From Kiritimatiellia bacterium (GTDB lineage Bacteria > Verrucomicrobiota > Kiritimatiellia > CAIKKV01 > CAITUY01), in assembly GCA_044344495.1 (NCBI GenBank), contig JBIJCW010000002.1, positions 1 through 42,338 on the forward strand: a stretch of DNA of 42,338 nt, given 5' to 3'. A program made the translations under genes and the position numbers. The notes under the pieces are model-generated. The model saw only the letters and a list, made by a program, of their open reading frames with translations, did no database searches and had not been told where the DNA came from. Below are positions 19,952 to 32,594 of this stretch, piece by piece; within the stretch, counting starts at the first letter, position 1, and the number at the start of each line of letters is the position of its first letter.

Positions 19952-20595
19952 TTCGCCTGCCCAGCCTTTTTCAGTGCTTTCCGAATCACCACCATCGCCC
20001 CTGCCGGACCGGGAACTGCCCCGCATACCAGCAACAAATTCTCAGCAGCGCGCAGTTGAACAACTTTTACGTTCTGCGTGGTTACCTTTACATGCCCCAT
20101 GTGACCCGGCATCCTCTTCCCCTTGTGAATCCGTCCCGGGAACGAACGGCAACCAATCGAACCTATGCGGCGCTTTGAATGGCCGCCATGGGTCATCGGT
20201 CCGCCTCTCATTCCATACCGGCGCACGACACCTTGAAAGCCTCTCCCCTTCGTAATCCCTGTGATGTCCACATGGGATGCCCCTTCCAGAACCGCCGCTG
20301 TCACCGCATCTCCCGCCTTCAACGCCTCAGCCGAATCGACACGAAATTCGTGCAAATACTGCTGAGCCACCCCGCCAGAGGCCTTCGCTTCCCCAGCCTC
20401 AGGCTTGTTAACGCGGGTCGCCTTCTTCGCCCCGAGACCGATTTTTAGCGCGTCATACCCATCCTGCGCCTTGGTCTTGCGTTGCACAACAACGCAGGGC
20501 CCGACTTCAATTACCGTCACAGGAATCTGGTGACCTTCGTCACTGAAGACCCGCGTCATGCCGATTTTTTTTCCAAGTATCCCTTGCATGGCCAT
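19948..20595 (-). CDS. rplC: 50S ribosomal protein L3
   Basis: Contains [13 protein letters not shown] and [13 protein letters not shown]. An alternative ATG lies at 20589. Confidence 0.95.
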   Translation of the reverse strand: MAMQGILGKKIGMTRVFSDEGHQIPVTVIEVGPCVVVQRKTKAQDGYDALKIGLGAKKATRVNKPEAGEAKASGGVAQQYLHEFRVDSAEALKAGDAVTAAVLEGASHVDITGITKGRGFQGVVRRYGMRGGPMTHGGHSKRRIGSIGCRSFPGRIHKGKRMPGHMGHVKVTTQNVKVVQLRAAENLLLVCGAVPGPAGAMVVIRKALKKAGQAK

Positions 20596-20599
20596 CCAC

Positions 20600-20908
20600 T
20601 CAGATCTTGATCGTTATATCCACACCCGCCGGCATGTTGAGCTTCTTCAGCTCATCCACCGTCTTTGCCGTCGGCTCCACTATATCCAGCAACCGTTTAT
20701 GGGTGCGGACCTCAAACTGCTCCATCGACTTCTTGTCGGCATGCACGCTGCGATTGACGCTGTAGCGCTCAATCCGCGTCGGCATCGGAATCGGACCGAC
20801 AACTCTCGCCCCTGTTCGCTTTGCCGTCTCCACAATGTCGGACACAGACTGGTCCAGCACGCGGTAGTCGTAAGCCTTCAATCGTATTCGTATGCGTTGT
20901 TTTTCCAT
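20600..20908 (-). CDS. rpsJ: 30S ribosomal protein S10
   Basis: [14 protein letters not shown] starts at ATG 20906-20908. The track's GTG at 20920 would overlap the fusA stop. Confidence 0.93.
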   Translation of the reverse strand: MEKQRIRIRLKAYDYRVLDQSVSDIVETAKRTGARVVGPIPMPTRIERYSVNRSVHADKKSMEQFEVRTHKRLLDIVEPTAKTVDELKKLNMPAGVDITIKI

Positions 20909-20916
20909 GGTTCCAC

Positions 20917-23085
20917 TCACCGTTCCAAAAGTTTCTGTTGGATTGCCGCCGGCACGACATCAAAACAGGCCGGTTCCATCGTATAACTCGCCCGCCCCCG
21001 CGTCAGGGACCGGATGGCAGTCGAATAACCGAAAAGCTCCGCCAAGGGTATTTTTGCGTGAATTACCTGCACGGTCTCCCGTCCGATCATATCATGCACA
21101 TGACCCCGCCGCGCACTGACATCGTTCAATACGTCGCCAAGGTGCTCCGGAGGTAGAACAATCTCAAGTGACATGATGGGTTCCAGAATCACCGCCGCTG
21201 CCGCTTTGGCGGCCGCCCTCAAAGCCATGTTGCCCGCCGTCCGAAACGCCATCTCCGTGGACTCCTGCTCGTGAAAACTGCCGCCCACAATACGCACATG
21301 AAGATCAACCAGTGAATAATTAGCCACTACGCCCGTCAGTAGACCATCCCGGATTCCCTCCTCCACGCATGGCCTGAATTCAGTGGGTAGACGGCTCGCC
21401 GGTATGGCAAACTCCACATCATTCCCTGTTCCCCGCGCAGCCGGACTCACTTCGATCACCAGCTCGGCATACTGGCGCTGCCCACCAATATCCCGCTCAA
21501 ACTTATATTCCCCACGGCCCGCGGCGCTAACGCTTTCGCGATACGCCACCATGGGACGACCCGCATTCGCCTGAACCTTGTATTCCCTAAACATCCGGTC
21601 TTTCAGGATTTCCAGATGGAGTTCCCCCATGCCGCTCAATAGCGTCTGCCCGGTGTCGCCATCCAGAGAAACCACGCATGTCGGATCTTCAGCTGCCAAC
21701 GCCGCCAAGGCTTCGTTCAGTTTGTCGCGGTCTGCCTGGGATTTCGGCTCGATGGCCATCGACATCACCGGCTCAGGAAAACGAATACGCTCAAGCTCGA
21801 CGGGCTGATTCTCCGCGCACAGCGTATCACCTGTAGTGGCCTGCTTGAGCCCAACCACAGCACCGATTTCCCCGGCGTGAATCGTCTCAACCTCCTGCCG
21901 GTCGTCGGCATGCAGCAGGACAAGCTTCATCACCCGCTCACGCTTACGCTGGCGCGCGTTGAATACATTCTGCCCTTTCTTCAACTGGCCGGAGTAAACC
22001 CTCACAAATGCCATCCGGCCCATGTACGGATCATTCATCAGCTTGAAAACAAGCGCACTCATCGGCGCAAAATCATCGGTCTCACGCGTCACAGCCTCGT
22101 GGGTCTTCGGATGAGACCCCTCAACCGGGAGGACGTCCAGAGGCGATGGCAGATAATCCACCACCCCATCTAACAACTGTTGAACACCCTTGTTGCGCAG
22201 CGATGACCCCGCTAGAACCGGCGTAATCTTCTGGGCCAGCGTCGCACGGCGCAACCCTTCTTTCAGCACCGCGGCAGGCACATCAGGATTATCAAGATAG
22301 GCTTCCAGCACCCCCTCGTCGCACTCCGCCAGACGCTCAATCATTTCCGCACGGGCCTTTTCCGCCTGCACCCCTAAATCGGCAGGGATGGCCGACATCA
22401 CGATCTTGGCGCCCAGCGACGTGTCGTCATACGTCAGCGCTTCCATCGTCACCAAGTCCACAACCCCCTGAAACTGATCCTCGCAACCTATGGGAATCTG
22501 AATCGCAAGCGGCCTCGCCCCAAGCTTTTCACGCATCTGCCGGATTACGGAATTGAAGTCGGCGCCAATGCGATCCATCTTGTTCACGAACGCTAGACGA
22601 GGAACATGATACCGATCCGCCTGCCGCCACACGGTCTCCGATTGCGGCTGAACACCACCAACGCCGCAAAACACAACCACGGCACCATCCAAAACCCGCA
22701 GCGACCGTTCAACCTCCACGGTGAAATCGACATGCCCCGGGGTATCAATGATGTTGATTTGATGATTCTTCCAGAAACAGGTCGTCGCCGCACTGGTGAT
22801 CGTAATGCCCCGTTCCTTTTCCTGAGGCATCCAGTCCATCGTGGCGGTACCTTCATGGACTTCACCCATGCGATGCACACGGCCAGCGTAGAACAGAATG
22901 CGCTCAGTAGTCGTGGTCTTCCCAGCGTCAATATGAGCAATAATGCCGATATTGCGCAGGTCAGCCAACGGACGGGAACGGTCCGCCGCTTCACGCGAAC
23001 GAACGTCACCCGCCGAATCAACTTTTCGCTTCTGTTCCAAAATCGTTTCCATTGCCGTTAATGCAGGGCAGACTCTGTCGTGCAT
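20917..23085 (-). CDS. fusA: elongation factor G
   Basis: Contains [33 protein letters not shown] and NKMD. The start is either ATG 23085 or ATG 23052. Both give an N-terminal extension relative to E. coli EF-G. Confidence 0.95.
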   Translation of the reverse strand: MHDRVCPALTAMETILEQKRKVDSAGDVRSREAADRSRPLADLRNIGIIAHIDAGKTTTTERILFYAGRVHRMGEVHEGTATMDWMPQEKERGITITSAATTCFWKNHQINIIDTPGHVDFTVEVERSLRVLDGAVVVFCGVGGVQPQSETVWRQADRYHVPRLAFVNKMDRIGADFNSVIRQMREKLGARPLAIQIPIGCEDQFQGVVDLVTMEALTYDDTSLGAKIVMSAIPADLGVQAEKARAEMIERLAECDEGVLEAYLDNPDVPAAVLKEGLRRATLAQKITPVLAGSSLRNKGVQQLLDGVVDYLPSPLDVLPVEGSHPKTHEAVTRETDDFAPMSALVFKLMNDPYMGRMAFVRVYSGQLKKGQNVFNARQRKRERVMKLVLLHADDRQEVETIHAGEIGAVVGLKQATTGDTLCAENQPVELERIRFPEPVMSMAIEPKSQADRDKLNEALAALAAEDPTCVVSLDGDTGQTLLSGMGELHLEILKDRMFREYKVQANAGRPMVAYRESVSAAGRGEYKFERDIGGQRQYAELVIEVSPAARGTGNDVEFAIPASRLPTEFRPCVEEGIRDGLLTGVVANYSLVDLHVRIVGGSFHEQESTEMAFRTAGNMALRAAAKAAAAVILEPIMSLEIVLPPEHLGDVLNDVSARRGHVHDMIGRETVQVIHAKIPLAELFGYSTAIRSLTRGRASYTMEPACFDVVPAAIQQKLLER

Positions 23086-23112
23086 CGCACGCCAACGCCT
23101 GCCTGTCGTAAA

Positions 23113-23586
23113 CTACCACCTGTAATGTGCAAAAGCCTTGTTCGCCTGCGCCATCTTGTGCGTGTCGTCACGCTTCTTGATGGCGTTCCCCTGTTCAGCA
23201 TAAGCATCCAAAATTTCCATCGCCAGCGCGCGTCGCATGGGCACCCCCTTGCGTGTCTTCGCATACTGTATGAGCCACCTCATCGCCAGTGCCGCCTGAC
23301 GATCAGAACTGACCTCCACAGGCACCTGATACGTGGCACCGCCAACTCGCCGCGACTTGACTTCCACCCTCGGTTTCACATTGTCGATCGCCCGAAGCAA
23401 TACCTCAAGCGGATCGGCATCCACATGCTTTTCCTGGATGACCTTCAAAGCATCGTAAACGATGTTCGTTGCCACCGATTTCTTGCCCACCTTCATCAGG
23501 CGGTTGACCAGTCGACCGACCAGCTCACTGCTGTACTTCGGATCCGATTCGACCGCTCGTCGTTGTACTTTACGTCTTCGTCCCAT
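23113..23586 (-). CDS. rpsG: 30S ribosomal protein S7
   Basis: Starts [18 protein letters not shown] and ends [10 protein letters not shown]. Confidence 0.96.
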   Translation of the reverse strand: MGRRRKVQRRAVESDPKYSSELVGRLVNRLMKVGKKSVATNIVYDALKVIQEKHVDADPLEVLLRAIDNVKPRVEVKSRRVGGATYQVPVEVSSDRQAALAMRWLIQYAKTRKGVPMRRALAMEILDAYAEQGNAIKKRDDTHKMAQANKAFAHYRW

Positions 23587-23607
23587 GTTCTTGCGCCGTC
23601 CTACGCC

Positions 23608-23982
23608 TTACTGCTTGGGCATTTTCACGCCATATTTGGAACGGCCCCGGTGCCGTCCGTCCACACCCAGCGTATCCAGAGTACCACGAACAATGTGGTA
23701 CCGCACGCCGGGCAAATCCTTCACACGTCCACCACGCACAAGCACAACACTGTGCTCCTGCAAATTGTGTCCCTCGCCGGGAATATACGCGGTCACTTCC
23801 TCGCCGTTGGTCAACCGTACACGCGCCACTTTCCGCAACGCAGAGTTCGGCTTCTTTGGCGTCTGCGTCTTGACCGACAGACACACGCCACGACGTTGCG
23901 GGCAATTCTTCAACGCCGGCGACTTACTCTTGTAGCGGACTTGTTTCCGCCCGTACTTCACCAGCTGGTTAATTGTTGGCAT
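23608..23982 (-). CDS. rpsL: 30S ribosomal protein S12
   Basis: Starts [13 protein letters not shown] and contains [19 protein letters not shown]. Confidence 0.97.
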   Translation of the reverse strand: MPTINQLVKYGRKQVRYKSKSPALKNCPQRRGVCLSVKTQTPKKPNSALRKVARVRLTNGEEVTAYIPGEGHNLQEHSVVLVRGGRVKDLPGVRYHIVRGTLDTLGVDGRHRGRSKYGVKMPKQ

Positions 23983-24047
23983 ACTCTAATTTCCTCCAAT
24001 ACGCAAAGCGCGCGATGATGCCGAAGCACCCCTTGCTCTGTCAAGCA

Positions 24048-27000
24048 TTATCCAAGAAGTTCCTGAGCTTTCTTCACCGCTTCACTCTCCTGCCTCAGCT
24101 CTTCCTCGGGAATCGGCTCCGCCAGCGGCACCAATTTGATGTTGCGGAACATCGGGAATCCGGTCCCCCCTGGAATCAAATGCCCCATGATTACATTCTC
24201 CTTGAATCCATACAGCGTGTCCACTCGGCCCAGCGTCGCCGCCTCGGTCAATACACGCGTCGTATCCTGGAAGGATGCCGCAGAAATGAAACTCTCGGTT
24301 TCCAGCGCCGCCTTCGTCACCCCTAGAAGCGCCGGAGAGGCCTCTGCTGACCGCTTACCTTCTGCTGCAGCCTTCTGGTTGACTTCCTGGAACGTCTGCT
24401 TCTCAACCTGCTCACCCCAGAGGAAGTCCGTATCACCGGGATCGGTAATCCGAACCTTGCGCAGCATCTGCCTGACAATGATTTCAATATGCTTATCGTT
24501 GATATCGACGCCCTGCAACCGGTAAACTTCCTGAACTTGGTTCACCAGATATTCCTGCAACTCCTGCGGACCACAGATTTCAAGAATCTCCTGCGGCACC
24601 ACTGGACCCTCTGTCAACTGCTGCCCCTTCTGAACATAGTCGCCCTTGTAAACAACAATGTGTTTACCCATCGGAATCAAATGCTGCTCCTCGTCGCCCG
24701 TCACGGTGTCACGAATAATCAGACTGCGACGCCCTCGCTGGTTCGGACCAAAATCAACCAACCCGTCAATCTTGGCAATCTCCGCCGCATCCTTCGGACG
24801 ACGCGCCTCAAACAATTCCGCCACACGCGGCAGACCGCCGGTGATGTCCTTCGTCTTGGATTCCTTCCGCGGCGTCTTGGCCAATACTTCGCCAGCCGCC
24901 ACCTTCTTTCCATCCTTGACCATCACGTGCGCGCCAGCCGGAATGTTGTAAGACGTCGGCTGATCCTTCGTACCTGCGTAGGTGATAACAATCTGGGGAT
25001 GCAGATCCTCCTTGTGCTCCAGCACCACCGTTCCCATCAATCCCGTCGACTGGTCCACTTCCTTCTTGACGGTCACATTCTCGATGAAACCATGGAAGTG
25101 CACCACACCAGGACGCTCGGCTAGGATCGGCACACTGTATGGATCCCATTCAATAAAACTTTGCCCCTTCTTCACTCGCCCGCCGTCCTGCACGCTGATA
25201 ATCGCACCAATCGCCATGGTATGGCGCTCGACTTCGCGACCAGCATCGTCAAAGACACCCACAGATCCGTTCTTGTTGAGCACCACAAAGTTCCCAAGTC
25301 CATTCGTGACAATACGAAGATTGGTGTACTGGATAATACCGTCATGCTTCGCAATAACATGCGGTTGCTTGAAAACCGAACTGGCCGTTCCACCGATGTG
25401 GAAGGTCCGCATGGTCAACTGGGTCCCCGGCTCACCGATGGACTGAGCCGCGATAATCCCGACCGCACCCCCTATTTCCACAAGCCGGCCCGTTGCAGGA
25501 TCACGACCGTAACACTTAGCGCACACGCCGCGTCGTGATTCGCACGTCAGCACACTCCGGATGCGAACTTTGTCCACATCTGCATCCATGATGCATTCAC
25601 CCATGTTTTCGTCAATCAGCGAACCCGCCGGTGCCAGAACTTCGCGCGTAATCGGATTGACAACGTCCACCAGGGTGGTGCGGCCAATAATCCTGTCGCG
25701 CAACGACACAAGACTATCCTCAGCCTGCCCGATACCTTTGACTTCGATGCCATTCAAGGTATTGCAATCTTGTTCAATCACCCGCACGTCCTGTGAAACA
25801 TCCACCAGCTTGCGCGTCAGATACCCGGCATCGGCTGTCTTCAGCGCCGTATCCGCCAACCCCTTGCGGGCACCATGTGTGCTGATGAAGTACTCCAAAA
25901 CACTCAGCCCTTCACGGAAGTTCGACAAAATCGGACGCTCAATAATCTCACCCGACGGTTTGGCCATCAAGCCACGCATCCCCGCCAACTGGCGAATCTG
26001 CTGCCGACTGCCACGAGCCTTGGAATCCACCATCATGAAAATTGGATTCGCCTCATCACTCCCTGCATTCTCCTCAATTGCCCGATACATGGCATTCGAG
26101 GTCTCTTCGGTCGTGTGCGTCCAAATATCAACAATCTTGTTGTAGCGCTCACCGTCGGTGATCACACCGCGACGGTACTGGCTTTCGACTTCGGCCACCG
26201 CCTTGCGAGCCTTGCCAATGATCTCCTCTTTTTCGGCGGGAATGATCATGTCACCCAAACCGATCGAGACCCCCGCTAACGTCGCGTGCTCAAACCCCAT
26301 ATTCTTGAGGCTGTCCAAGACCCGAACCGTCTCGATATTCCCGCTCACGTGATAACACTGCCAGATGATCTTGCCCAAAAATGATTTATCACAACAGCGA
26401 TTGATAAAGCCCAGTGACGCCGGCAGAATCTCGTTAAAGAACACGCGACCTACCGTCGTCACCAGCATCTTACTGCTGCTGTCTCCAAAGACGGTGCTAC
26501 GATGCAAATCGGGATTCTTGAACCGGATCCGGTCGTGAATCTTAAGTGCCCCGTCGTCGTACGCCAGTCGGGCCTCGCTCGCATCACCGAAAATCGGCAA
26601 ACGTTCCTGCTCGGCCGCCTGACCGGACAGCTTCCGCTTGATCTCCTTGGTGCGGTCCTTCTGCGCCGAGGAGGTCAAATAATAGAGGCCCAACGCTATG
26701 TCCTGCGTCGGCGTCATGACCGGCCTGCCACTTGACGGCGAAAACACATTGTTCGTCGAAAGCATCAACAAACGGGATTCCAACTGCGCCTCAATGGACA
26801 GCGGCACGTGAACCGCCATCTGATCGCCGTCGAAGTCCGCATTGTACGCCGTACAAACCAACGGGTGAATCTGGATGGCCTCGCCTTCCACCAAAACAGG
26901 CTCAAACGACTGGATGCTGAGGCGGTGCAATGTCGGGGCACGATTCAACATCACCGTCTTGTCACGAGTGATTTCCTCCAGAATCGCCCACACCTCGTCC

Positions 27001-28235
27001 GACTGCTTGTCAATCAACTTCTTGGCGCTACGCACCGTGTGCGCCACACCCATCTCCTTGAGGCGACGAATGATGAACGGCTCGAAGAGCACCAACGCCA
27101 TCTTCTTAGGTAAACCACACTGATGCAACTTGAGCTCCGGACCGACGACAATCACCGAACGACCCGAGTAATCCACGCGCTTGCCCAATAAATTCTGTCG
27201 GAAGCGCCCGCCTTTACCCTTTAGCATGTCGCTCAGCGACTTCAGCGGGCGGTTTCCAGCGCCTGTCACAGCACGACCATGCCGCCCATTGTCAATCACC
27301 GCATCCACAGCCTCCTGCAACATGCGCTTTTCGTTCCGGATGATGACATCTGGCGTTTTCAGCTGCAGCAGGTTCTTCAACCGGTTATTGCGGTTGATCA
27401 CTCGCCGATAAAGATCATTCAGGTCTGAGGTCGCAAATCGCCCCCCCTCCAGCGGCACCAGCGGCCGCAAGTCAGGCGGAATCACCGGCAATACTTCAAA
27501 AACCATCCACTCAGGTCGCATGTTGCTGTTCAAGAAACCCTCGAGCACCTTCATCCGCTTGGAAATCTTCTTGCGATTCTGCTTGCTCCGAGTAGTGGCC
27601 ATCTGGGCATCGAGATCAACCAAGGTCTTCTCGATATCAATCTTCTTCATCAGGTCACGGATGGCCTCCGCTCCAATCCGCGCCGTAAAGGCGTCGCCGT
27701 ACTTCTCCTGAGCCTCACGATAATCCATCTCGCTCAAAAGCTGTTTTTCCTGCAGCGGCGTGTCGCCGGGATCCACCACAATGTAGTCCTCATAGTAGAG
27801 CACCCGTTCCAGCGCCCGCGCTGTAATATCCAGCACCAATCCGATCCTGCTCGGCGTACACTTGAAGAACCATATGTGCGAAACCGGCACAGCCAACTCA
27901 ATGTGACCCATGCGCTCGCGACGCACACGCGACAGCGTGATTTCGACCCCGCAGCGGTCGCAAATCACGCCCTTATGCTTGATCCGCTTGTACTTGCCGC
28001 AACTGCACTCCCAGTCACGCGTCGGACCGAAAATCCGCTCGCAAAACAGACCGCCCTTTTCCGGCTTATACGTCCGGTAGTTGATGGTCTCCGGATTCTT
28101 CACCTCGCCGTTACTCCAGGACCGGATCGTCTCCGGCGAAGCCAGCGTAATGTTCACGGAATCAAACCCCTCGGCCAGGGGTACTCCCAGCCGCTCACGG
28201 ACTGCTGCGTTCGTCAAGGTTCGTTCTACCGACAT
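24048..28235 (-). CDS. rpoC: DNA-directed RNA polymerase subunit beta-prime
   Basis: 1395 aa. Has the catalytic [12 protein letters not shown] motif, a trigger loop [16 protein letters not shown] followed by a long insertion, and [15 protein letters not shown]. Confidence 0.98.
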   Translation of the reverse strand: MSVERTLTNAAVRERLGVPLAEGFDSVNITLASPETIRSWSNGEVKNPETINYRTYKPEKGGLFCERIFGPTRDWECSCGKYKRIKHKGVICDRCGVEITLSRVRRERMGHIELAVPVSHIWFFKCTPSRIGLVLDITARALERVLYYEDYIVVDPGDTPLQEKQLLSEMDYREAQEKYGDAFTARIGAEAIRDLMKKIDIEKTLVDLDAQMATTRSKQNRKKISKRMKVLEGFLNSNMRPEWMVFEVLPVIPPDLRPLVPLEGGRFATSDLNDLYRRVINRNNRLKNLLQLKTPDVIIRNEKRMLQEAVDAVIDNGRHGRAVTGAGNRPLKSLSDMLKGKGGRFRQNLLGKRVDYSGRSVIVVGPELKLHQCGLPKKMALVLFEPFIIRRLKEMGVAHTVRSAKKLIDKQSDEVWAILEEITRDKTVMLNRAPTLHRLSIQSFEPVLVEGEAIQIHPLVCTAYNADFDGDQMAVHVPLSIEAQLESRLLMLSTNNVFSPSSGRPVMTPTQDIALGLYYLTSSAQKDRTKEIKRKLSGQAAEQERLPIFGDASEARLAYDDGALKIHDRIRFKNPDLHRSTVFGDSSSKMLVTTVGRVFFNEILPASLGFINRCCDKSFLGKIIWQCYHVSGNIETVRVLDSLKNMGFEHATLAGVSIGLGDMIIPAEKEEIIGKARKAVAEVESQYRRGVITDGERYNKIVDIWTHTTEETSNAMYRAIEENAGSDEANPIFMMVDSKARGSRQQIRQLAGMRGLMAKPSGEIIERPILSNFREGLSVLEYFISTHGARKGLADTALKTADAGYLTRKLVDVSQDVRVIEQDCNTLNGIEVKGIGQAEDSLVSLRDRIIGRTTLVDVVNPITREVLAPAGSLIDENMGECIMDADVDKVRIRSVLTCESRRGVCAKCYGRDPATGRLVEIGGAVGIIAAQSIGEPGTQLTMRTFHIGGTASSVFKQPHVIAKHDGIIQYTNLRIVTNGLGNFVVLNKNGSVGVFDDAGREVERHTMAIGAIISVQDGGRVKKGQSFIEWDPYSVPILAERPGVVHFHGFIENVTVKKEVDQSTGLMGTVVLEHKEDLHPQIVITYAGTKDQPTSYNIPAGAHVMVKDGKKVAAGEVLAKTPRKESKTKDITGGLPRVAELFEARRPKDAAEIAKIDGLVDFGPNQRGRRSLIIRDTVTGDEEQHLIPMGKHIVVYKGDYVQKGQQLTEGPVVPQEILEICGPQELQEYLVNQVQEVYRLQGVDINDKHIEIIVRQMLRKVRITDPGDTDFLWGEQVEKQTFQEVNQKAAAEGKRSAEASPALLGVTKAALETESFISAASFQDTTRVLTEAATLGRVDTLYGFKENVIMGHLIPGGTGFPMFRNIKLVPLAEPIPEEELRQESEAVKKAQELLG

Positions 28236-28262
28236 AATTCCTCGGCGTTGCCGCCGCCTCCC

Positions 28263-31200
28263 TTAAGATCGTTTTTCTTTACGTTCGGCTCGCACGTCCA
28301 AACCAATGCTGCGAAGTTCATTGATCAACACGTTGAACGATTCCGGTCGCTCCGCGTCCAGCACATTCTCACCCTTCACTATGGACTCATAGATCCGGGT
28401 GCGGCCTGCCACATCATCGCTCTTGACCGTCAACAACTCTTGCAACGCATAGGCCGCACCGTAGGCTTCCAGTGCCCACACTTCCATTTCCCCCAAACGC
28501 TGACCACCGTACTGCGCCTTACCCCCAAGAGGCTGCTGCGTTACCAGCGAATAGGGCCCCACAGCTCGGGCATGAATCTTGTCGCTGACCAGATGATGTA
28601 GCTTCAACATGTAGATGTAGCCCACCACCACTTTCTGGTCAAACGGTTCACCGGTACGACCATCGAACAACCGGGTCTTGCCATCCCGCGGCAGTTTCGC
28701 ATCGTCCAGAAGTTCTTTGATGTGCTTCTCGGAGATACCGTCGAAAACCGGCGTGCTGGCATACAAGCCCAGCAACTTGCAGGCCCACCCCAGATGGGTT
28801 TCCAGCACCTGCCCGACATTCATACGTGATGGCACACCCAAGGGATTGAGCACAATGTCCACAGGTGTACCATCCGGAAGAAACGGCATGTCCGCCTCCG
28901 GCAGAATCCTGGCCACAACACCCTTGTTTCCGTGCCGCCCCGCCATCTTGTCCCCCACCGAGAGCTTCTTCTTGCTCGCGATATAGACCCGAACCTGCTT
29001 GATAATACCCTGGTCAACCTCGTCCCCACTCTCCAGTCGATCCATCGCATTTGTGTACTCGTGGTCGAGTTCAACAAACTTCTGCTGAAACTCACCTATG
29101 ATCTCCTGGATCTTAATCTGGATTGGACTACTCTCAATCTCGATGTGCGCGCTTTCCGCCGCCAGCTTCCGCAACAGCGTCTTCGTGATCTTCCGGTTAG
29201 CCGGAATAATGATCTCGTTGGAGTCTACATTGACAACATCCAAGGGGATCTTCTCTCCCAAAAGAATGTTGCTCAACGCCTCCGTCAACTGCTCGACGAG
29301 CTCCTGTTTTTTAGCCTTGTGCTCCTCGGCAACATTCTTGGACTGACGCCTCCGTTCAGCCGGCGTCATCTTCTCGCGTTCAATATCCTTGTGCGCCGAC
29401 ACCTTGACATCCATCACAATGCCGTAGGTCCCGCTCGGAACCGTCAGCGATGTGTCCCGCACATCAGCGGCTTTCTCGCCGAAAATAGCCCTCAAGAGTC
29501 GCTCCTCAGGCGCAAGTTCGGTCTCGCTCTTCGGCGTGATCTTGCCAACCAGAATGTCGTCAGGCTTGACCTCGGCGCCGATACGGATCACTCCGTCTGT
29601 GCCCAGATTGCGCAAGGCGTCTTCACCCACGTTCGGGATGTCCCGCGTGATTTCCTCGGGGCCAAGCTTCGTATCACGGGCGCCCACCTCGAATTCCTGA
29701 ATGTGAACCGATGTGAACACATCATCCCGGACAACACGCTCGCTGATCAGAATCGCATCTTCAAAGTTGCATCCGCACCACGGCATGAACGCCACCAAAA
29801 CATTCCGTCCCAACGACAGTTCGCCGCCTGCCGTTGCGGGTCCGTCCGCCAGCACATCGCCCTTCTTGACCTTCTGACCAACTTTAACGATCGGTTTCTG
29901 GTTAAGACAGGTCCCGGCGTTTGACCGCATGAACTTGCGCAATGCGTAAACGTGCTCATCCTTCTTGGACTTGGATTTCACATCGCTGTTGATCACAACC
30001 TTGGTCGCCGAGGCGTAGGTCACTACACCGGACTCCTCCGCAAGCGTAAGGACACCGGAATCACGCGCAATCCGTCCTTCCAGTCCTGTCGCCACAAAGG
30101 GACGCTCGGTCTCAAGCAACGGCACCGCCTGCCGCATCATGTTCGAGCCCATCAGCGCGCGGTTCGCGTCGTCATGCTCAAGGAACGGAATCAGACCGGC
30201 CGCCACGGACACCACCTGCTTAGGCGATACATCCATGTAATCAACCTTGTCCTTGGGCACCTCGAGGAATTCCCCGCGGTTCCGGACCGCAACCGAATCA
30301 CGCGAAATGCGGCTCTTCGCATCCAACGGCGTGTTAGCCTGGGCGATCACGTATTTCTCTTCGCGATCAGCGCTGAGAAACTCCACTTCGTTGCTGACGA
30401 CACCGTTTGATACCCGGCGATAGGGGGTCTCAATAAACCCGTATTCGTTCACCTTGGCGTAAATACCCATTGACGAAATCAACCCGATGTTCGGACCTTC
30501 CGGAGTCTCAATCGGACAAATTCGGCCATAATGACTGCTGTGAACGTCACGCACCTCAAAGCCGGCGCGCTCACGACTCAGTCCGCCCGGTCCAAGAGCA
30601 CTCAAGCGCCTCTTATGAGCCAATTCAGACAGCGGATTCGTCTGGTCCATGAATTGGCTTAACTGACTACGACCAAAGAAATCCTTGACCACTGCCGAAA
30701 GTGTCTTTGGATTCACCAAGCGCTGCGGGGTCAGGGTTCCCGTTTGCGGATCAAAGAGCGTCATCCGTTCCCGCACTAAACGCTCTGCCCGCGCCAGGCC
30801 AATACGGCACTGGTTCTCAACAAGCTCCCCGATCGTCCGCAACCGACGGCTACCCAAATGATCGATGTCATCAACCGTTCCCTGGCCGTTGCGAATGCTG
30901 ATTAAATAACGAATTGCCGCAATCAGATCTCCCCCCTCGGGGGTCAGGGTCCGCTGTTCGTCGTCAACCGGTCCGCCAAACGCTTCGCGGTCTTCCGCAT
31001 CCTTGGTCGCCAAAATCGCCTTGATGAGCCCGGTTGCCTCTTTGAGTTCAGCATCCAGCTTCTGGTTGATCTTATAGCGCCCCACGCGCCCCAAATCATA
31101 CCGGCGCGGGTCAAAAAACAATCGCTTCAGAAGTTGCCGCGCATTGGAAACGGTGGCAGGATCGCCGGGGCGCAATCGCAAATAGATATCCTTCAGCGCA

Positions 31201-32087
31201 TCATCCGTCGAGTGCGTCGGATCTTCCTTCACGCTCTTAAGCATGATTCCGCCATCCCACGACACGTCCACGACGTCAGCTTCCTTGAATCCTGCCGCTT
31301 TCATCTGGGACAGGACGTTCTCCGAGAGGGGCTCGAACTTTCGCGACAAGACCGTCTGAGAATCCACATCGATGACATCGTCCCGGAACACAAGGTTGGC
31401 CATCGCATCGACACCAATGTGTTCGCTCAACTTCAGCTTCCTGAACGTGTAGAACAGACGCAGCAAATCCTCGTCCGCCCCATAACCCAGTGCGCGGAGG
31501 AACGTGGTAGCCAGGAATTTTCGACGTCGGTGGCGACGATCCAGATAGATCCACAGCAAATCGGAGGCATCAAATTGAACCTCAACCCACGACCCCCGGT
31601 CAGGAATGATCCGGAACGAGTACAGCATAGAGCCACTCGAGTGCACCGATTGCTCGAAACAAATCCCCGGCGAACGATGCAACTGACTGACGATGACACG
31701 CTCCGCACCGTTGATTACAAAGGACCCTTGATCGGTCATGAGCGGAATCTCGCCCATGTAAACGCTCTCCTCGCGGACTTCGTCGCCTTCCTTCAGGCGA
31801 AACGTCACCTGCAACGTTCCAGCGTAAGTCAACCCCTCGCGCAACACCTCGCATGGATCCGTTTTTGGCATCGAGAATTCATACTTCAAGAAATCCAGCA
31901 CATACCGACCATCATAACTCTCGATCGGAAAGACTTCCTTGAACACAGCCTGCAAGCCCATGCTCTTCCGGCTTCCCGGCGCCACGTTCAGTTGGAGGAA
32001 ATCCTTGTACGACACCGTCTGAATCTCAATGAGATTCGGCGGCTCGATTACCTCTACCAATTTTCCGAAGTTCGTTCTCTCAACCAT
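28263..32087 (-). CDS. rpoB: DNA-directed RNA polymerase subunit beta
   Basis: 1274 aa. Contains the rifampicin-cluster region FFGRSQLSQFMDQTNPLSELAHKRRLSALGPGGL, plus GDKMAGRHGNKGVV and LGEMEVWALEAYGAAY. Confidence 0.98.
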   Translation of the reverse strand: MVERTNFGKLVEVIEPPNLIEIQTVSYKDFLQLNVAPGSRKSMGLQAVFKEVFPIESYDGRYVLDFLKYEFSMPKTDPCEVLREGLTYAGTLQVTFRLKEGDEVREESVYMGEIPLMTDQGSFVINGAERVIVSQLHRSPGICFEQSVHSSGSMLYSFRIIPDRGSWVEVQFDASDLLWIYLDRRHRRRKFLATTFLRALGYGADEDLLRLFYTFRKLKLSEHIGVDAMANLVFRDDVIDVDSQTVLSRKFEPLSENVLSQMKAAGFKEADVVDVSWDGGIMLKSVKEDPTHSTDDALKDIYLRLRPGDPATVSNARQLLKRLFFDPRRYDLGRVGRYKINQKLDAELKEATGLIKAILATKDAEDREAFGGPVDDEQRTLTPEGGDLIAAIRYLISIRNGQGTVDDIDHLGSRRLRTIGELVENQCRIGLARAERLVRERMTLFDPQTGTLTPQRLVNPKTLSAVVKDFFGRSQLSQFMDQTNPLSELAHKRRLSALGPGGLSRERAGFEVRDVHSSHYGRICPIETPEGPNIGLISSMGIYAKVNEYGFIETPYRRVSNGVVSNEVEFLSADREEKYVIAQANTPLDAKSRISRDSVAVRNRGEFLEVPKDKVDYMDVSPKQVVSVAAGLIPFLEHDDANRALMGSNMMRQAVPLLETERPFVATGLEGRIARDSGVLTLAEESGVVTYASATKVVINSDVKSKSKKDEHVYALRKFMRSNAGTCLNQKPIVKVGQKVKKGDVLADGPATAGGELSLGRNVLVAFMPWCGCNFEDAILISERVVRDDVFTSVHIQEFEVGARDTKLGPEEITRDIPNVGEDALRNLGTDGVIRIGAEVKPDDILVGKITPKSETELAPEERLLRAIFGEKAADVRDTSLTVPSGTYGIVMDVKVSAHKDIEREKMTPAERRRQSKNVAEEHKAKKQELVEQLTEALSNILLGEKIPLDVVNVDSNEIIIPANRKITKTLLRKLAAESAHIEIESSPIQIKIQEIIGEFQQKFVELDHEYTNAMDRLESGDEVDQGIIKQVRVYIASKKKLSVGDKMAGRHGNKGVVARILPEADMPFLPDGTPVDIVLNPLGVPSRMNVGQVLETHLGWACKLLGLYASTPVFDGISEKHIKELLDDAKLPRDGKTRLFDGRTGEPFDQKVVVGYIYMLKLHHLVSDKIHARAVGPYSLVTQQPLGGKAQYGGQRLGEMEVWALEAYGAAYALQELLTVKSDDVAGRTRIYESIVKGENVLDAERPESFNVLINELRSIGLDVRAERKEKRS

Positions 32088-32121
32088 TCCAGCACCTGTA
32101 TCGCAGGGTTCTTACGACCAC

Positions 32122-32145
32122 GCGGCGGCCAATAGCGGCCGCCGC
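32122..32145 (-). promoter_or_regulatory. GC-rich stem-loop in the rplL-rpoB spacer (possible attenuator or processing site)
   Basis: GCGGCGGCC (32122-32130) and GGCCGCCGC (32137-32145) are perfect reverse complements, forming a 9-bp stem with a 6-nt loop. No U-tract follows on the minus strand. Confidence 0.4.
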
Positions 32146-32173
32146 CCGCCGGACACCGACCCAAGAGGGACGG

Positions 32174-32569
32174 TTACTTGATTTCGACTGTCGCGCCAGC
32201 CTTCTCAAGGACGTCCTTGATCTTGGCCGCTTCTTCCTTGGTGACGGCTTCCTTCACCGACTTCGGGGCGCCTTCCACCAGGTCCTTCGATTCCTTTAGG
32301 CCCAGCCCGGTAATCGTGCGGATTTCCTTGATAACACCAATCTTGTTGCTACCGGCGTTCGCCAGCACCACCGTAAACTCAGTCTTCTCCACTGCAGCAG
32401 CCGCACCAGCCGCCGGAGCCGCCGCCATCACGGCCATCGGCGCCGATGCGGTCACACCCAGGCGCTGCTCAAGTCCCTTCACAAGCTGCGAGAGCTCCAG
32501 AACAGTCATGCTCTCGATCGCCTTGACAATTTCTTCCATCTTGCCTTCCAGTTTGATTTCCTCAGCCAT
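32174..32569 (-). CDS. rplL: 50S ribosomal protein L7/L12
   Basis: Has an Ala-rich hinge [11 protein letters not shown] and the C-terminal domain [24 protein letters not shown]. Confidence 0.96.
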   Translation of the reverse strand: MAEEIKLEGKMEEIVKAIESMTVLELSQLVKGLEQRLGVTASAPMAVMAAAPAAGAAAAVEKTEFTVVLANAGSNKIGVIKEIRTITGLGLKESKDLVEGAPKSVKEAVTKEEAAKIKDVLEKAGATVEIK

Positions 32570-32594
32570 TGTAGTCTCCTCTTGTTTGAAAAAC

